A stretch of 18,814 nt of DNA from Candidatus Rokuibacteriota bacterium (GTDB lineage: Bacteria; Methylomirabilota; Methylomirabilia; Rokubacteriales; CSP1-6): assembly GCA_016184305.1 (NCBI GenBank), contig JACPCX010000159.1, forward strand, positions 1 to 18,814, given 5' to 3'. Of the stretch, positions 8,911 through 16,868 are shown in pieces (position 1 is the first letter of the stretch; each line of letters begins with the position of its first letter). Both the position numbers and the translations under genes were made by a program. The notes beneath the pieces were generated by a model. It worked only from the letters and a program-made list of their open reading frames with translations. It had not been told where the DNA came from and searched no databases.

Positions 8911-9780
8911 TCAGGCCTCGGCCCGGCCCAGGAGACCCGTGGGTTTCCAGAGCAGGATGACCATGATCATCAGGAACCCCAGCATGTCGGAGGTGAGCCC
9001 GCCGAAGAGCGTCGCGAAGATGCTCTCGGCGAACCCCAGCACCAGCCCGCCGACGAGGGCGCCGGGCACGCTGCCGAGTCCCCCCAGGATCACCACGACG
9101 AAGGCCTTCAGGAGCGCGGCCTGCCCCATGTACACGTGAAGCGAGAACACCGGTCCGATGAGCCCGCCGGCGATGGCGGCCAGCGCGCAGCCGACGGCGA
9201 AGGCGAGGCTGTAGATCCGGTTCACGGGAATGCCCTGCATGAGCGCCGCCTCGCCATCCTGGGCGACGGCGCGCAGCGCCTGCCCGACCCTGCTGTGCTT
9301 GATGAAGACGTAGAAGCCGGCGAGCACGACGAAGGCCACCGCCACGACCAGCAGCCGCTCGTGGGGAAAGGTGATCCAGCGGCTCCGGTAGATCCCGCTC
9401 ACGGGGGACGCGAGCGACAGCCCCTCGATCCCTTCCATCACGGCCATGATCCCCTGGATGGCGATCTGCAGCCCGAGGGCGCTCATCAGCATGCTCAGCT
9501 CCCGCGAGCGCAGCGGGGCGAAGACCACCTTCTCGACCACGATGCCGATCACGCCGACGGCCACCGCGGAGGCCGCCAGGGCGGCAAAGAAATTGAGCCC
9601 CATCTGGGCGTAGAGGTGATAGACGACGAATGCGCCCAGCATGTAGAACTCGCCGTGGGCGAAGTTGACCAGCCTGAGAATGCCGAAGATCAGGGTGAAC
9701 CCGAGCGCCATCAGGACATAGAACGCCCCGGCGGTCAGGCCGTTCACCAGGATCTGCGCGATCGACGACGCGGTCAGCAC
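8911..9780 (-). CDS. livH: Branched-chain amino acid-type ABC transporter permease (LivH-like)
   Basis: Probable GTG start at 9780 (the track ORF extends to 9918). QILVNGL...YVLMALGFTLIFGILRLVNFAHGEFYMLGA, GQALRAVAQD, KAFVVVILGGLGSVPGA. Confidence 0.92.
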   Translation of the reverse strand: MLTASSIAQILVNGLTAGAFYVLMALGFTLIFGILRLVNFAHGEFYMLGAFVVYHLYAQMGLNFFAALAASAVAVGVIGIVVEKVVFAPLRSRELSMLMSALGLQIAIQGIMAVMEGIEGLSLASPVSGIYRSRWITFPHERLLVVAVAFVVLAGFYVFIKHSRVGQALRAVAQDGEAALMQGIPVNRIYSLAFAVGCALAAIAGGLIGPVFSLHVYMGQAALLKAFVVVILGGLGSVPGALVGGLVLGFAESIFATLFGGLTSDMLGFLMIMVILLWKPTGLLGRAEA

Positions 9781-9798
9781 GGGCGCCCCGCCGGGGCA

Positions 9799-9824
9799 TC
9801 GGGCCCGGCCGTGGCCGGGCCCGA
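9799..9824 (-). promoter_or_regulatory. Perfect GC-rich intergenic inverted repeat downstream of the Liv-type binding-protein gene (putative mRNA-stabilising stem-loop)
   Basis: TCGGGCCCGGCC-GT-GGCCGGGCCCGA: 12-bp perfect arms. No poly-U tail on either side. Confidence 0.6.
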
Positions 9825-9845
9825 CAGCTCCAACGGCGATGGTTC

Positions 9846-11030
9846 CTACGGCTCGATCTTGGTCAGCATGACTTCCTTGCCCTTCTGCACCTGCCCGACG
9901 TAGAACGGCGCGATCCACTGGTGCCGGATGCCGTACTCGGCCTCGCCGCCCCAGACGTAGCGGCCCAGCAGCCCCTTGAACTCCTTCTGGCCCTCGAGGT
10001 GCTGGCGGAGCCCGTCGGAGGTGACGGTCTGCGCCTTCTTGATGGCGTCGAACAGCATGTGGCCCCCTTCGTAGAAGAAGATTCCCAGCGGGTTGAACGG
10101 CATCTTGTACTTGGCCTCGAACCGTTCCATCAGCGACCTGATCCTGGCGTCGTTCGGGTCCCAGGGGCTGTAGTACAGGAGCCCTTCGGCGTTGTCGGCG
10201 CCCGCGACCCTGATGATCTCCAGGGTCCCGGGGCCTCCGCCCTTCAGGAACTGCCCCTGATACCCGATCTGCCGGGCCTGTTTCAGGATGACCCCCGAAT
10301 CCACCGGGGTGGAACCGTCGAAGTCGATGATGTCGGGCTTGGCCGCCACCACCTTGGTCAGGATGGGGACGAAGTCCTGGGTCCCCCGCTCGTAGAACTC
10401 CTTGAGGACGACCTTCATGCCGGCCTTCTCGTAGCCCTTCTCGTTGTGCGACATGACCTCCTTGCCCGACTCGTCGTTGGGGGAGATGATGGCCGCCGTC
10501 CTGAGCTGGGGCCGGTTCTTCGCGAGCCAGCCGATGAGCGGCGCCGAGAACTCGCCGGTGGTGGGAGTCAGCCTGAAGGTGTAGGGCTTCTTCGCGCTGA
10601 GCGCCTTGCTGGTGTAGCTGTTGGAGAGCACCAGCACCTTGCTGCTCTCGGTGATATCGGCGATGGCCAGCATCGGGACGGACCCGAGCGGCCCCACGAT
10701 GATCTTGACCCCGTCCTGGGAGATCAGCCGCTGGGCGGCCTGGGCCGCGCCCGGACCCGTGTACTTGTCGTCATAGGCCGTGACCTTGATGGTGTAAACC
10801 GTCTCGCCGACCTGGATGCCGCCGCTCTTGTTGACATCCTCGGCGGCCAGCTCGAGGCCGCCCAGCATGCCCATGCCCCACCCGATGCCGGGGCCCGACA
10901 GGGCGGAGATGAAGCCGATATTGAGTTCCCCCTTCTTGGCCGCCTGGGGCTGAACCGGCCCCTGGGTGACCTGGAGGGCCAGCCCGACCACCGCGCAGAT
11001 GAACGCTGCCTTCAGCACTCTCCCTCGCAT
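9846..11030 (-). CDS. Branched-chain amino acid-family (LivJ/LivK-like) ABC substrate-binding protein
   Basis: Start MRGRVLKAAFICAVVGLALQV (Sec-type signal) at 11030 after GGAGGAG. IGFISALSGP, AAEDVNKSGGI, YDDKY, IVGPLGS, YTFRL, QDFVPILTKV. Lies directly upstream of livHMGF. Confidence 0.9.
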   Translation of the reverse strand: MRGRVLKAAFICAVVGLALQVTQGPVQPQAAKKGELNIGFISALSGPGIGWGMGMLGGLELAAEDVNKSGGIQVGETVYTIKVTAYDDKYTGPGAAQAAQRLISQDGVKIIVGPLGSVPMLAIADITESSKVLVLSNSYTSKALSAKKPYTFRLTPTTGEFSAPLIGWLAKNRPQLRTAAIISPNDESGKEVMSHNEKGYEKAGMKVVLKEFYERGTQDFVPILTKVVAAKPDIIDFDGSTPVDSGVILKQARQIGYQGQFLKGGGPGTLEIIRVAGADNAEGLLYYSPWDPNDARIRSLMERFEAKYKMPFNPLGIFFYEGGHMLFDAIKKAQTVTSDGLRQHLEGQKEFKGLLGRYVWGGEAEYGIRHQWIAPFYVGQVQKGKEVMLTKIEP

Positions 11031-11086
11031 CTCCCGTTCTCCTCCCCTGTCGGCTCTGAGCCGCTGTCGTGACCAGGACAAGTCCC

Positions 11087-12025
11087 CTACGGCGCTCCGG
11101 CCTCCACCTCCTTTCCAGACCCTGCCGCCGCCCCGCGCACCTTCACCCCGGCCCATTGCTCGTAGAGCGCGGTCACGGCGGCCATGTCCAGCCCCCCCAG
11201 GCCCTGCGCGTGAGCCGCCTCGTACACCTGGCGGACCGTGGAGGTGGCCAGCATGGGCATGCCCAGGCTCGCCGCCAGGCCCAGGGCCAGGGACAGGTCC
11301 TTGCGCGACAGGGCGACGCTGAAGTGCGGCGTGAAGTCTCCGGCGAGCACCTTGGGGAAACGCTTGAGGAAGTGGTGAGAGCGCCCCCCGCTGGTGGCCA
11401 GGATATCGAACAGGCGCTGGGGGTCTAGCCCCGCTCTCACCCCGAGCACCATCGCCTCGGCGGCCACGACCATGTTGCCCATGGACATGACATTATTCAC
11501 CAGCTTCACGACGTGCCCGGACCCCAGCGGGCCCACGTGGTGAATCTCGGCGCCCAGCGTCTTCAGGACGGACCGGCACCGCTCCAGCACCGGCGCCTCC
11601 CCGCCCACCAGAAAGACCAGCTTGCCACTGCCCGCCTCCGCGGGGCCCCCGCTCACCGGAGCGTCGAGGCAGTCCGCCCCTCGGGCGGCGGCCGCCGCGG
11701 CGACCTCGCGCCACGTGTCAGGATCGATGGTGCTCATATCGACCAGGGTCATCCCCGGGCGCAGGCTCGAGACGACACCGTCAGGGCCGAGATAGGCCCG
11801 CCTCACGGCCGGGGGATCGGTGAGGCTCGACAGGACGATCTCCGATGCCTCGGCCACGCGGGCCGGCGAGGGGGCCAGGGTCACGCCCGCCGCCGCCGCC
11901 CGGGCCGAGCGGGACGCGTCCACGTCGTACCCGGTCACGGCATACGCGCTCGCCGCGAGGCGCCGCGCCATCGCCCCGCCCATATTGCCCAGCCCGAGGA
12001 ACCCGATTCTCGGCGTTGCCATCAT
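11087..12025 (-). CDS. NAD(P)-dependent beta-hydroxyacid dehydrogenase (3-hydroxyisobutyrate dehydrogenase/tartronate semialdehyde reductase family)
   Basis: IGFLGLGNMGGAMA, VDMSTI, LDAPVSGG, GSGHVVKLVNN (catalytic Lys), F....KDL. GGGAGG upstream. Confidence 0.92.
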   Translation of the reverse strand: MMATPRIGFLGLGNMGGAMARRLAASAYAVTGYDVDASRSARAAAAGVTLAPSPARVAEASEIVLSSLTDPPAVRRAYLGPDGVVSSLRPGMTLVDMSTIDPDTWREVAAAAAARGADCLDAPVSGGPAEAGSGKLVFLVGGEAPVLERCRSVLKTLGAEIHHVGPLGSGHVVKLVNNVMSMGNMVVAAEAMVLGVRAGLDPQRLFDILATSGGRSHHFLKRFPKVLAGDFTPHFSVALSRKDLSLALGLAASLGMPMLATSTVRQVYEAAHAQGLGGLDMAAVTALYEQWAGVKVRGAAAGSGKEVEAGAP

Positions 12026-12098
12026 GCCCCCTCCCTGCTGAGGCCCGTGCTCATGCCCGGCGCCCGCTCATGACGCCGCTGTCTGACCCGATCGGCCC

Positions 12099-13741
12099 TC
12101 AGACCTGCACCGGGTGGTCGACGAACTCGCCAAAGACCTTCCGCCACACGTCGCAGATCTCGCCGACGGTCGCGTACGCCTCGACGGCCTGGAGCGTGGC
12201 CGGAACCACGTTCTCGCCGCTCACGCTGACCTCGCGCAGCCGCTCGAGAGCCCGGTCCACCGCGGCCTGGTCCCGGTTGCGACGGAGATCCCCGAGCCGC
12301 CCGATCTGCCGGCGCTCCGACTCGGGGTTGGGGCGGAAGATCGGCATGTCCGGCTCCTCGTCCGTCCGGTACTTGTTCACCCCGACGATCACCGTCTCCC
12401 CGCGCTCCACCGCCCGGTGCTGCCGGTAAGCGCCATCCGACAGCTCCTGGGCATAGAACCCGCGCTCGACGGCGCCGAGGGCGCCCCCCATCGCGTCGAT
12501 CTTGGCGATGTAGTCGCCGATGCCGTCCTCCATCTTCTTCGTCAGCCACTCGATGTAGTACGACCCGCCCAGCGGATCGACGACATCCGCAATCCCCGTC
12601 TCGTGGGCGATGATCTGGTTCGTCCGCACGGCCAGCGTCACCGCCTCCTCGCTGGGAATGGCGAGCGCCTCGTCGTAGGAGGCGGTGCGTCCGCCCTGGA
12701 TCCCGCCGAGCATCTGCGCCAGGACCTGGAGCGTGAGCCGGATGATGTTGTTCTTCGGCTGCTGGGCGGTGAGGGGGAGCCCCGAGGTGGCCGAGTGCAG
12801 CCGGCCGCGGATGGCCAGCGGGTTGGTGGCCCCCCACCGCTCGCGCATCAGCCGCGCCCACACCTTGCGCACCGCCCGGTGCTTGGCGATCTCCTCGAAG
12901 AACTCCATGTCCGTGCAGAAGTGGATCTCGATGCCCGGCCCGAACTCGTCGACGTGCAGCCCCTGGACGCGGCCTCCTGGAGGCAGCTGCCGCCGGCCTG
13001 CTTCATGTGGGAGCCGGAGACGCTGATGGGCAGCCAGTTGGGATGCTGCCGGCTCGTGTAGGCGACGGCATCAGCCGCCAGCTTGACGGCGGGGGCGATG
13101 GGGAAGATCTGGGTGCCGCGGGCCACGTACTCCTTGATGGGGTCGTTCTGGATCTGGAGCGTGAACCGCCCCGGATCGATGCCGCGCTTGCGGCACAGCG
13201 CGATGATCCACGCCAGGAAGATCGGTCCGATGGCGTTGGCGGTGGTGAAGACATGCCCCGCCTGCTCGACGTCGATCCCGTCGAAGAGCCGCTCGACATC
13301 CGCCAGGGAGCAGAGCGCCACGCCCACGCGCCCGACCTCCCCCTGGGCCAGCGGGTGGTCGGAATCCAGCCCGATCTGCGTCGGCAGGTCCAGCGCCATC
13401 GAGACGCCGCCGGTGGCGCCCTGATCGAGGAGGAACCGGTACCGCCGGTTGGCTTCCTCGGCGGAGCCGAACCCCGCGTAGAACTCCCAGTGCCAGAAGG
13501 CATTGCGATAGCCGGCGGCATCGCGTCCGCGCGTGTACGGGTACTCGCCGGGCAGCCCCAGGTCGGCGAGGTAGTCCCATCCGGTCTGCGCCAGCTCGGC
13601 GGGCGTGTACACCGGGCGCAGATCGAAGCCGCTGGGCGTCGTGAAGCGCGGCTTCCGCCCCGCCGCCAGCGTCTCGCGGTGGTAGCGCTCCCATTGCTCG
13701 ACCCGCTCCCGGATCTCCCTCTCCGTGTCCTCGTTCGACAT
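12099..13741 (-). pseudogene. Methylmalonyl-CoA-mutase-family large (substrate-binding TIM-barrel) subunit, divergent, interrupted by a frameshifting deletion at about 12966-12967
   Basis: N part 13741..12968 (258 codons): PGEYPYTRG, YAGFGSAEEANRRY, DLPTQIGLDSD..A.GEVGRVGV, QNDPIKEYVARGT, SGSHMKQAG..QEAA. C part 12965..12099 in another frame: QGLHVDEFGP...FFEEIAKHRA, LTAQQPKNNIIR, DEALAIP, DPLGGSYYIE, VGVNKY, ATVGEI. No DxHxxG B12-binding domain. GAGGAGG RBS. The break may be a sequencing artefact. Confidence 0.88.
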
Positions 13742-13768
13742 GCGCGCCTCCTCGGCGGTTCTCTCGGC

Positions 13769-14161
13769 CTACGACTGCGCGGGCCGGAACTGGAACACTG
13801 GTGTCCCGCCGGGCCGGGCGGGCGCCACGGTGAGCTCGACGGCCGTCCCCGGCGCCGCCGCCCCCTCCTGCGGCGGGCAGCCGGTGATCGGGCAGAAGAC
13901 GATCGGTCCCTCCTCCAGCTCGACGAGCGCGACGATATACGGCGGCTCGAAGCCGATCGGGGCGTGGTGGACCACCGCGCTCGATCGAATGCGGCCGCGG
14001 CGCCCCACGGGCACCTCGTCGGTAGGCTCGGCCCCGCAGCCGCCACAGACCGGGCGCGCCGGGAACGAGATCCAGCCGCAGCCGCGACACCGGCTGCCGA
14101 CGAGATGCGGCGGCTCCCCGGAGGGCTGGCGATACGCGCGGGCGCCGGGCGCGGCCGTCAT
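13769..14161 (-). CDS. DUF35/ChsH2-type rubredoxin-like Zn-ribbon + OB-fold protein (thiolase partner)
   Basis: Start ATG at 14161 overlaps the thiolase stop (ATGA). LVGSRCRGCG...FPARPVCGGCG (two CxxC), GRIRSSAVVH, PYIVALVELEEG. About 130 aa. Confidence 0.9.
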   Translation of the reverse strand: MTAAPGARAYRQPSGEPPHLVGSRCRGCGWISFPARPVCGGCGAEPTDEVPVGRRGRIRSSAVVHHAPIGFEPPYIVALVELEEGPIVFCPITGCPPQEGAAAPGTAVELTVAPARPGGTPVFQFRPAQS

Positions 14162-15324
14162 CGGGCGAGCACCGTTGCCACACCCGCCGCCGAGTCGCCT
14201 TCGATCCACCCGCCACTGTTCTGGGCCAGCGCGACCCGGACCCTCGCGATCTGCCGCCCCTCGGCCTCGCCGCGGAGCTGCCACACGGCCTCGGCGATCT
14301 GCGCCAGCCCGGTAGCGCCGACCGGATGGCCGCGCGAGGTGAGGCCGCCGCTCGGGTTGAACGGGATCCGCCCCGTGTGGCAGGTGTCCCCATTCTCCAG
14401 CAGGCGGGCCGCCTCGCCCGCCTTGCAGAAGCCGAGGTCCTCATAGTACAGCAGCTCCCCCGGCGAGGTGGCGTCGTGGCACTCGACCATGTCGATGTCC
14501 TCGGGCCCGAGCCCCGCCTGCTCGTAGGCGGCATTGACGGTGCGCGCCGCCGTCGAGAGCTGGCCCTCGCGGCCCGCGCCGAGTGCGCCGGAGCGGAGCT
14601 GGCAGGCGAGCACCCGGATGGCGGTGGCGCTCGCCCGGCGGCGCGCAACCTCGGCGCTGCACACGACCGCCGCCGCCGCCCCGTCGCTGACCGACGAGCA
14701 CATCAGGAGCCGGATCGGCCCGGCGATCGGGCGCGAGGCGAGGACCTCCTCGGCCGTGACTTCCTTGCGGTGCTGCGCGTACGGGTTCAGCCGCCCGTGC
14801 CGGTGGCTCTTCACGGTGACCTCGGCGAGGTGGCGCAGGGCGAGGCTGCCGCTGGCCAGCCGCGCCTGGATACGCATCGCGTAGATGGCGGTGAACTGCA
14901 GCCCCATGTCATGCGTCAGTTCCACATCCGCCGACGCGGCCAGTGCGCGCAGCGTCTGGCCGGTGTCGCCCACGAACATCTTCTCGGCCCCGACGGCGAG
15001 CGCAATGTCGCAGGCCCCGGCGCCCACCGTGAGGACGGCCTGGTGAAAGGCGGTGGCGCCGCTCGCGCAGGCGTTCTCGACGTTCACGACGGGCACGCCC
15101 GCGACCCCGGCCTCGCGCAGCGCGATCTGGCCGCGGATCGACTCCTGCCCGGTCAGGAGCCCGCCGAGGGCGTTGGCGAAGTACGCCGCCTGCACCTCGC
15201 GCGGCCCGACGCCGGCGCCGCGGAGGGCCGCCCGGGCCGCGCCCCCCGCCAGCGCCCGCAGCGGCGTGTCGGGAAACCGCCCGAAGGGGTGCATGCCCAC
15301 GCCGAGGACGAAGACCTCGCGCAT
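14158..15324 (-). CDS. SCP2-type (lipid-transfer-protein-like) thiolase-family protein
   Basis: VLGVGMHPFG, VNVENACASGATA (nucleophilic Cys), GAEKM, NPYAQ, CSSVSDGAAA, ECHDAT, NPSGGL.SRGHPVGATG, QLRGEAEGRQ. Confidence 0.92.
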   Translation of the reverse strand: MREVFVLGVGMHPFGRFPDTPLRALAGGAARAALRGAGVGPREVQAAYFANALGGLLTGQESIRGQIALREAGVAGVPVVNVENACASGATAFHQAVLTVGAGACDIALAVGAEKMFVGDTGQTLRALAASADVELTHDMGLQFTAIYAMRIQARLASGSLALRHLAEVTVKSHRHGRLNPYAQHRKEVTAEEVLASRPIAGPIRLLMCSSVSDGAAAAVVCSAEVARRRASATAIRVLACQLRSGALGAGREGQLSTAARTVNAAYEQAGLGPEDIDMVECHDATSPGELLYYEDLGFCKAGEAARLLENGDTCHTGRIPFNPSGGLTSRGHPVGATGLAQIAEAVWQLRGEAEGRQIARVRVALAQNSGGWIEGDSAAGVATVLAR

Positions 15325-15332
15325 ATGCCGGC

Positions 15333-16783
15333 TCAGCGATCCAGCCAGGCCCGCGTGAGCCCGCCGCCCGCGAAGTTCAGATACCCGCCCGCGTTGGTCT
15401 CGAAGCCCTTCAGCGCGCCGGTCCAGCCGAGGCTGGCGTCCGGGATATTCGTCCAGATCAGGGGCGCCTCGTCGATGACTGTCTGGAGCGCCCGCGTGTA
15501 CAGCTTCTTGCGCTCGCCGGGGTCCCGGGTCGTGGCCGCCAGCTCCAGCAGGCCGTCGAGGGCCGGCGTCTTGAAGCCGGAGCGGTTGTTGCTCGCCTCC
15601 TCGGAAGAGTGGAACATCCGGCGGTAGAAGTCGTCCGGATCATACCGCGCGCTGTACCAGAGATAAAACAGGTTGAAGTCGCGCTTGTTCACGCGGGCCA
15701 CCCACTCGACATGAGGATGGGCACCTCGATGCCGCCGGCGAGGCCGGCGTCCGCCATGAGCTTGCGGGCCCTGCTGAGGTCGTGCTCGCGCTCCTTGACG
15801 TCGAGGTGCCAGGGCGAGCCCTTGGAGAAGGGCTGGTTCGTCACCTGGGCGTGACCCCACAGATGCCCGTCGATCAGCGCTCTCTTGTCCACGGCGTGGG
15901 CAACGGCCTGGCGCAGCCGCGGGTCGTCGAAGGGCGGCTTGCGGGTGTTGAAGACGATGTACGAGGGGAACGAGCCGGGCCCCGTGTAGATCGTGAGGTT
16001 CCTCGCCCCGCCACGGAGTCCGTCCACGTCCTTGAACGGCACCTCCTGGATGAAGTCCAGGTCGCCGGCCCGCAGACCCGCGAGACGCGTATTGCCGTCG
16101 GCGATCGGGCGAACGACGACCTCGTCGATGTGGGGCAGCCCCTTCTCGCGATACTCCTTGAACCGCCGGAGGCGGACGTACTCGTTGGTCTTCCACTCGA
16201 CCAGCTCCCAGGGGCCGGTCCCCACCACCTTGCTCACGCCTCCCTCCGCGGGCAGCGTGCTGGCGGGAAGGATCGGCACGCGAACGGTGGCGACCTTCGT
16301 GAGGAACGGGGCGAACGGTTGCTTCAGCACGATCTTCACCCGCTGGGGATCGACGGCGCTGATGCCCTGGACGAGGGCGAAGTCGCTCCGCTGGGCGGAG
16401 GCGGTCCTGGGGTTCATGATCCGCTCGAGCGAGGCCTTGACGTCCTCGGCGGTCAGGGTCTGGCCGTTGTGGAACTTCACCCCCCGCTGGAGATTGAAGA
16501 CGTACTCGAGGCCGCTGGCGGACACCTGCCAGGACTCGGCCAGCCCGGGTTTCAGCTCGAAGTTCTTCCCGACGTCGGTGAGGCCGTCGAGGCAGAGCGT
16601 GAACAGGTTGAAGTTCGTGATCGACCGGTACTTGTGCGGGTCGGGATCGTCGAAGGCCGTCGAGAGCGCCACGCGCAGCGTCCCCCCCGCCTTCGGCCCC
16701 TGCTGGGCCGCCGCCGTCCCCCGGACACCCGCGAGCATCACCGCCGCGCCCGCCGCCCTCAGCACCTCTCGCCGACTGACCAT
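15333..16783 (-). pseudogene. Family-5 (peptide/nickel-type) ABC substrate-binding protein with twin-arginine signal, interrupted by a frameshifting deletion at about 15705-15709
   Basis: Start MVSRREVLRAAGAAVMLAGVRGTAAAQ at 16783 after GGAGGAG. PKAGGTLRV, PGLAESW, GVKFHNG, GTGPW, FNTRKPPFDDPRLRQAV...GGIEVPILMSS, then a stop at 15689. The C-terminus continues in another frame (EWVARVNKRDFNL...DPDDFY...ERKKLY...DEAP...AWLDR) to 15333. Confidence 0.86.
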
Positions 16784-16868
16784 GATCTCTCCTCCCTGTT
16801 CTCTCAGGCGCTCCTCGGCCGCGCCTGCCTCCGGCCCGGCCGACAGCCCGCGGTTTCGCACTCCGGCT

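Noticed and set aside
9799..9824. Rho-independent terminator
   Set aside because: Strong stem but no U-tract on either strand, and it lies inside a transporter operon.
12099..12908. Treating the 269-aa ORF as an independent mutase gene or natural split
   Set aside because: Homology continues upstream of its Met (QGLHVDEFGPGIEIHFCTD) to the junction at about 12966, in mid-barrel with no RBS. It is the C-terminal half of the interrupted gene.
13071..14648. Alternative-frame minus-strand ORFs (525 aa here, also 3601..4497, 8786..9799, 16804..17997)
   Set aside because: Out-of-frame overlaps of motif-bearing genes with low-complexity Arg/Gly/Pro translations.
16784..16868. Possible riboswitch or sRNA (e.g. 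cobalamin) in the largest intergenic gap
   Set aside because: Only 85 bp with one modest stem (CAGGCGC/GCGCCTG). No B12-box or other recognisable RNA motif.
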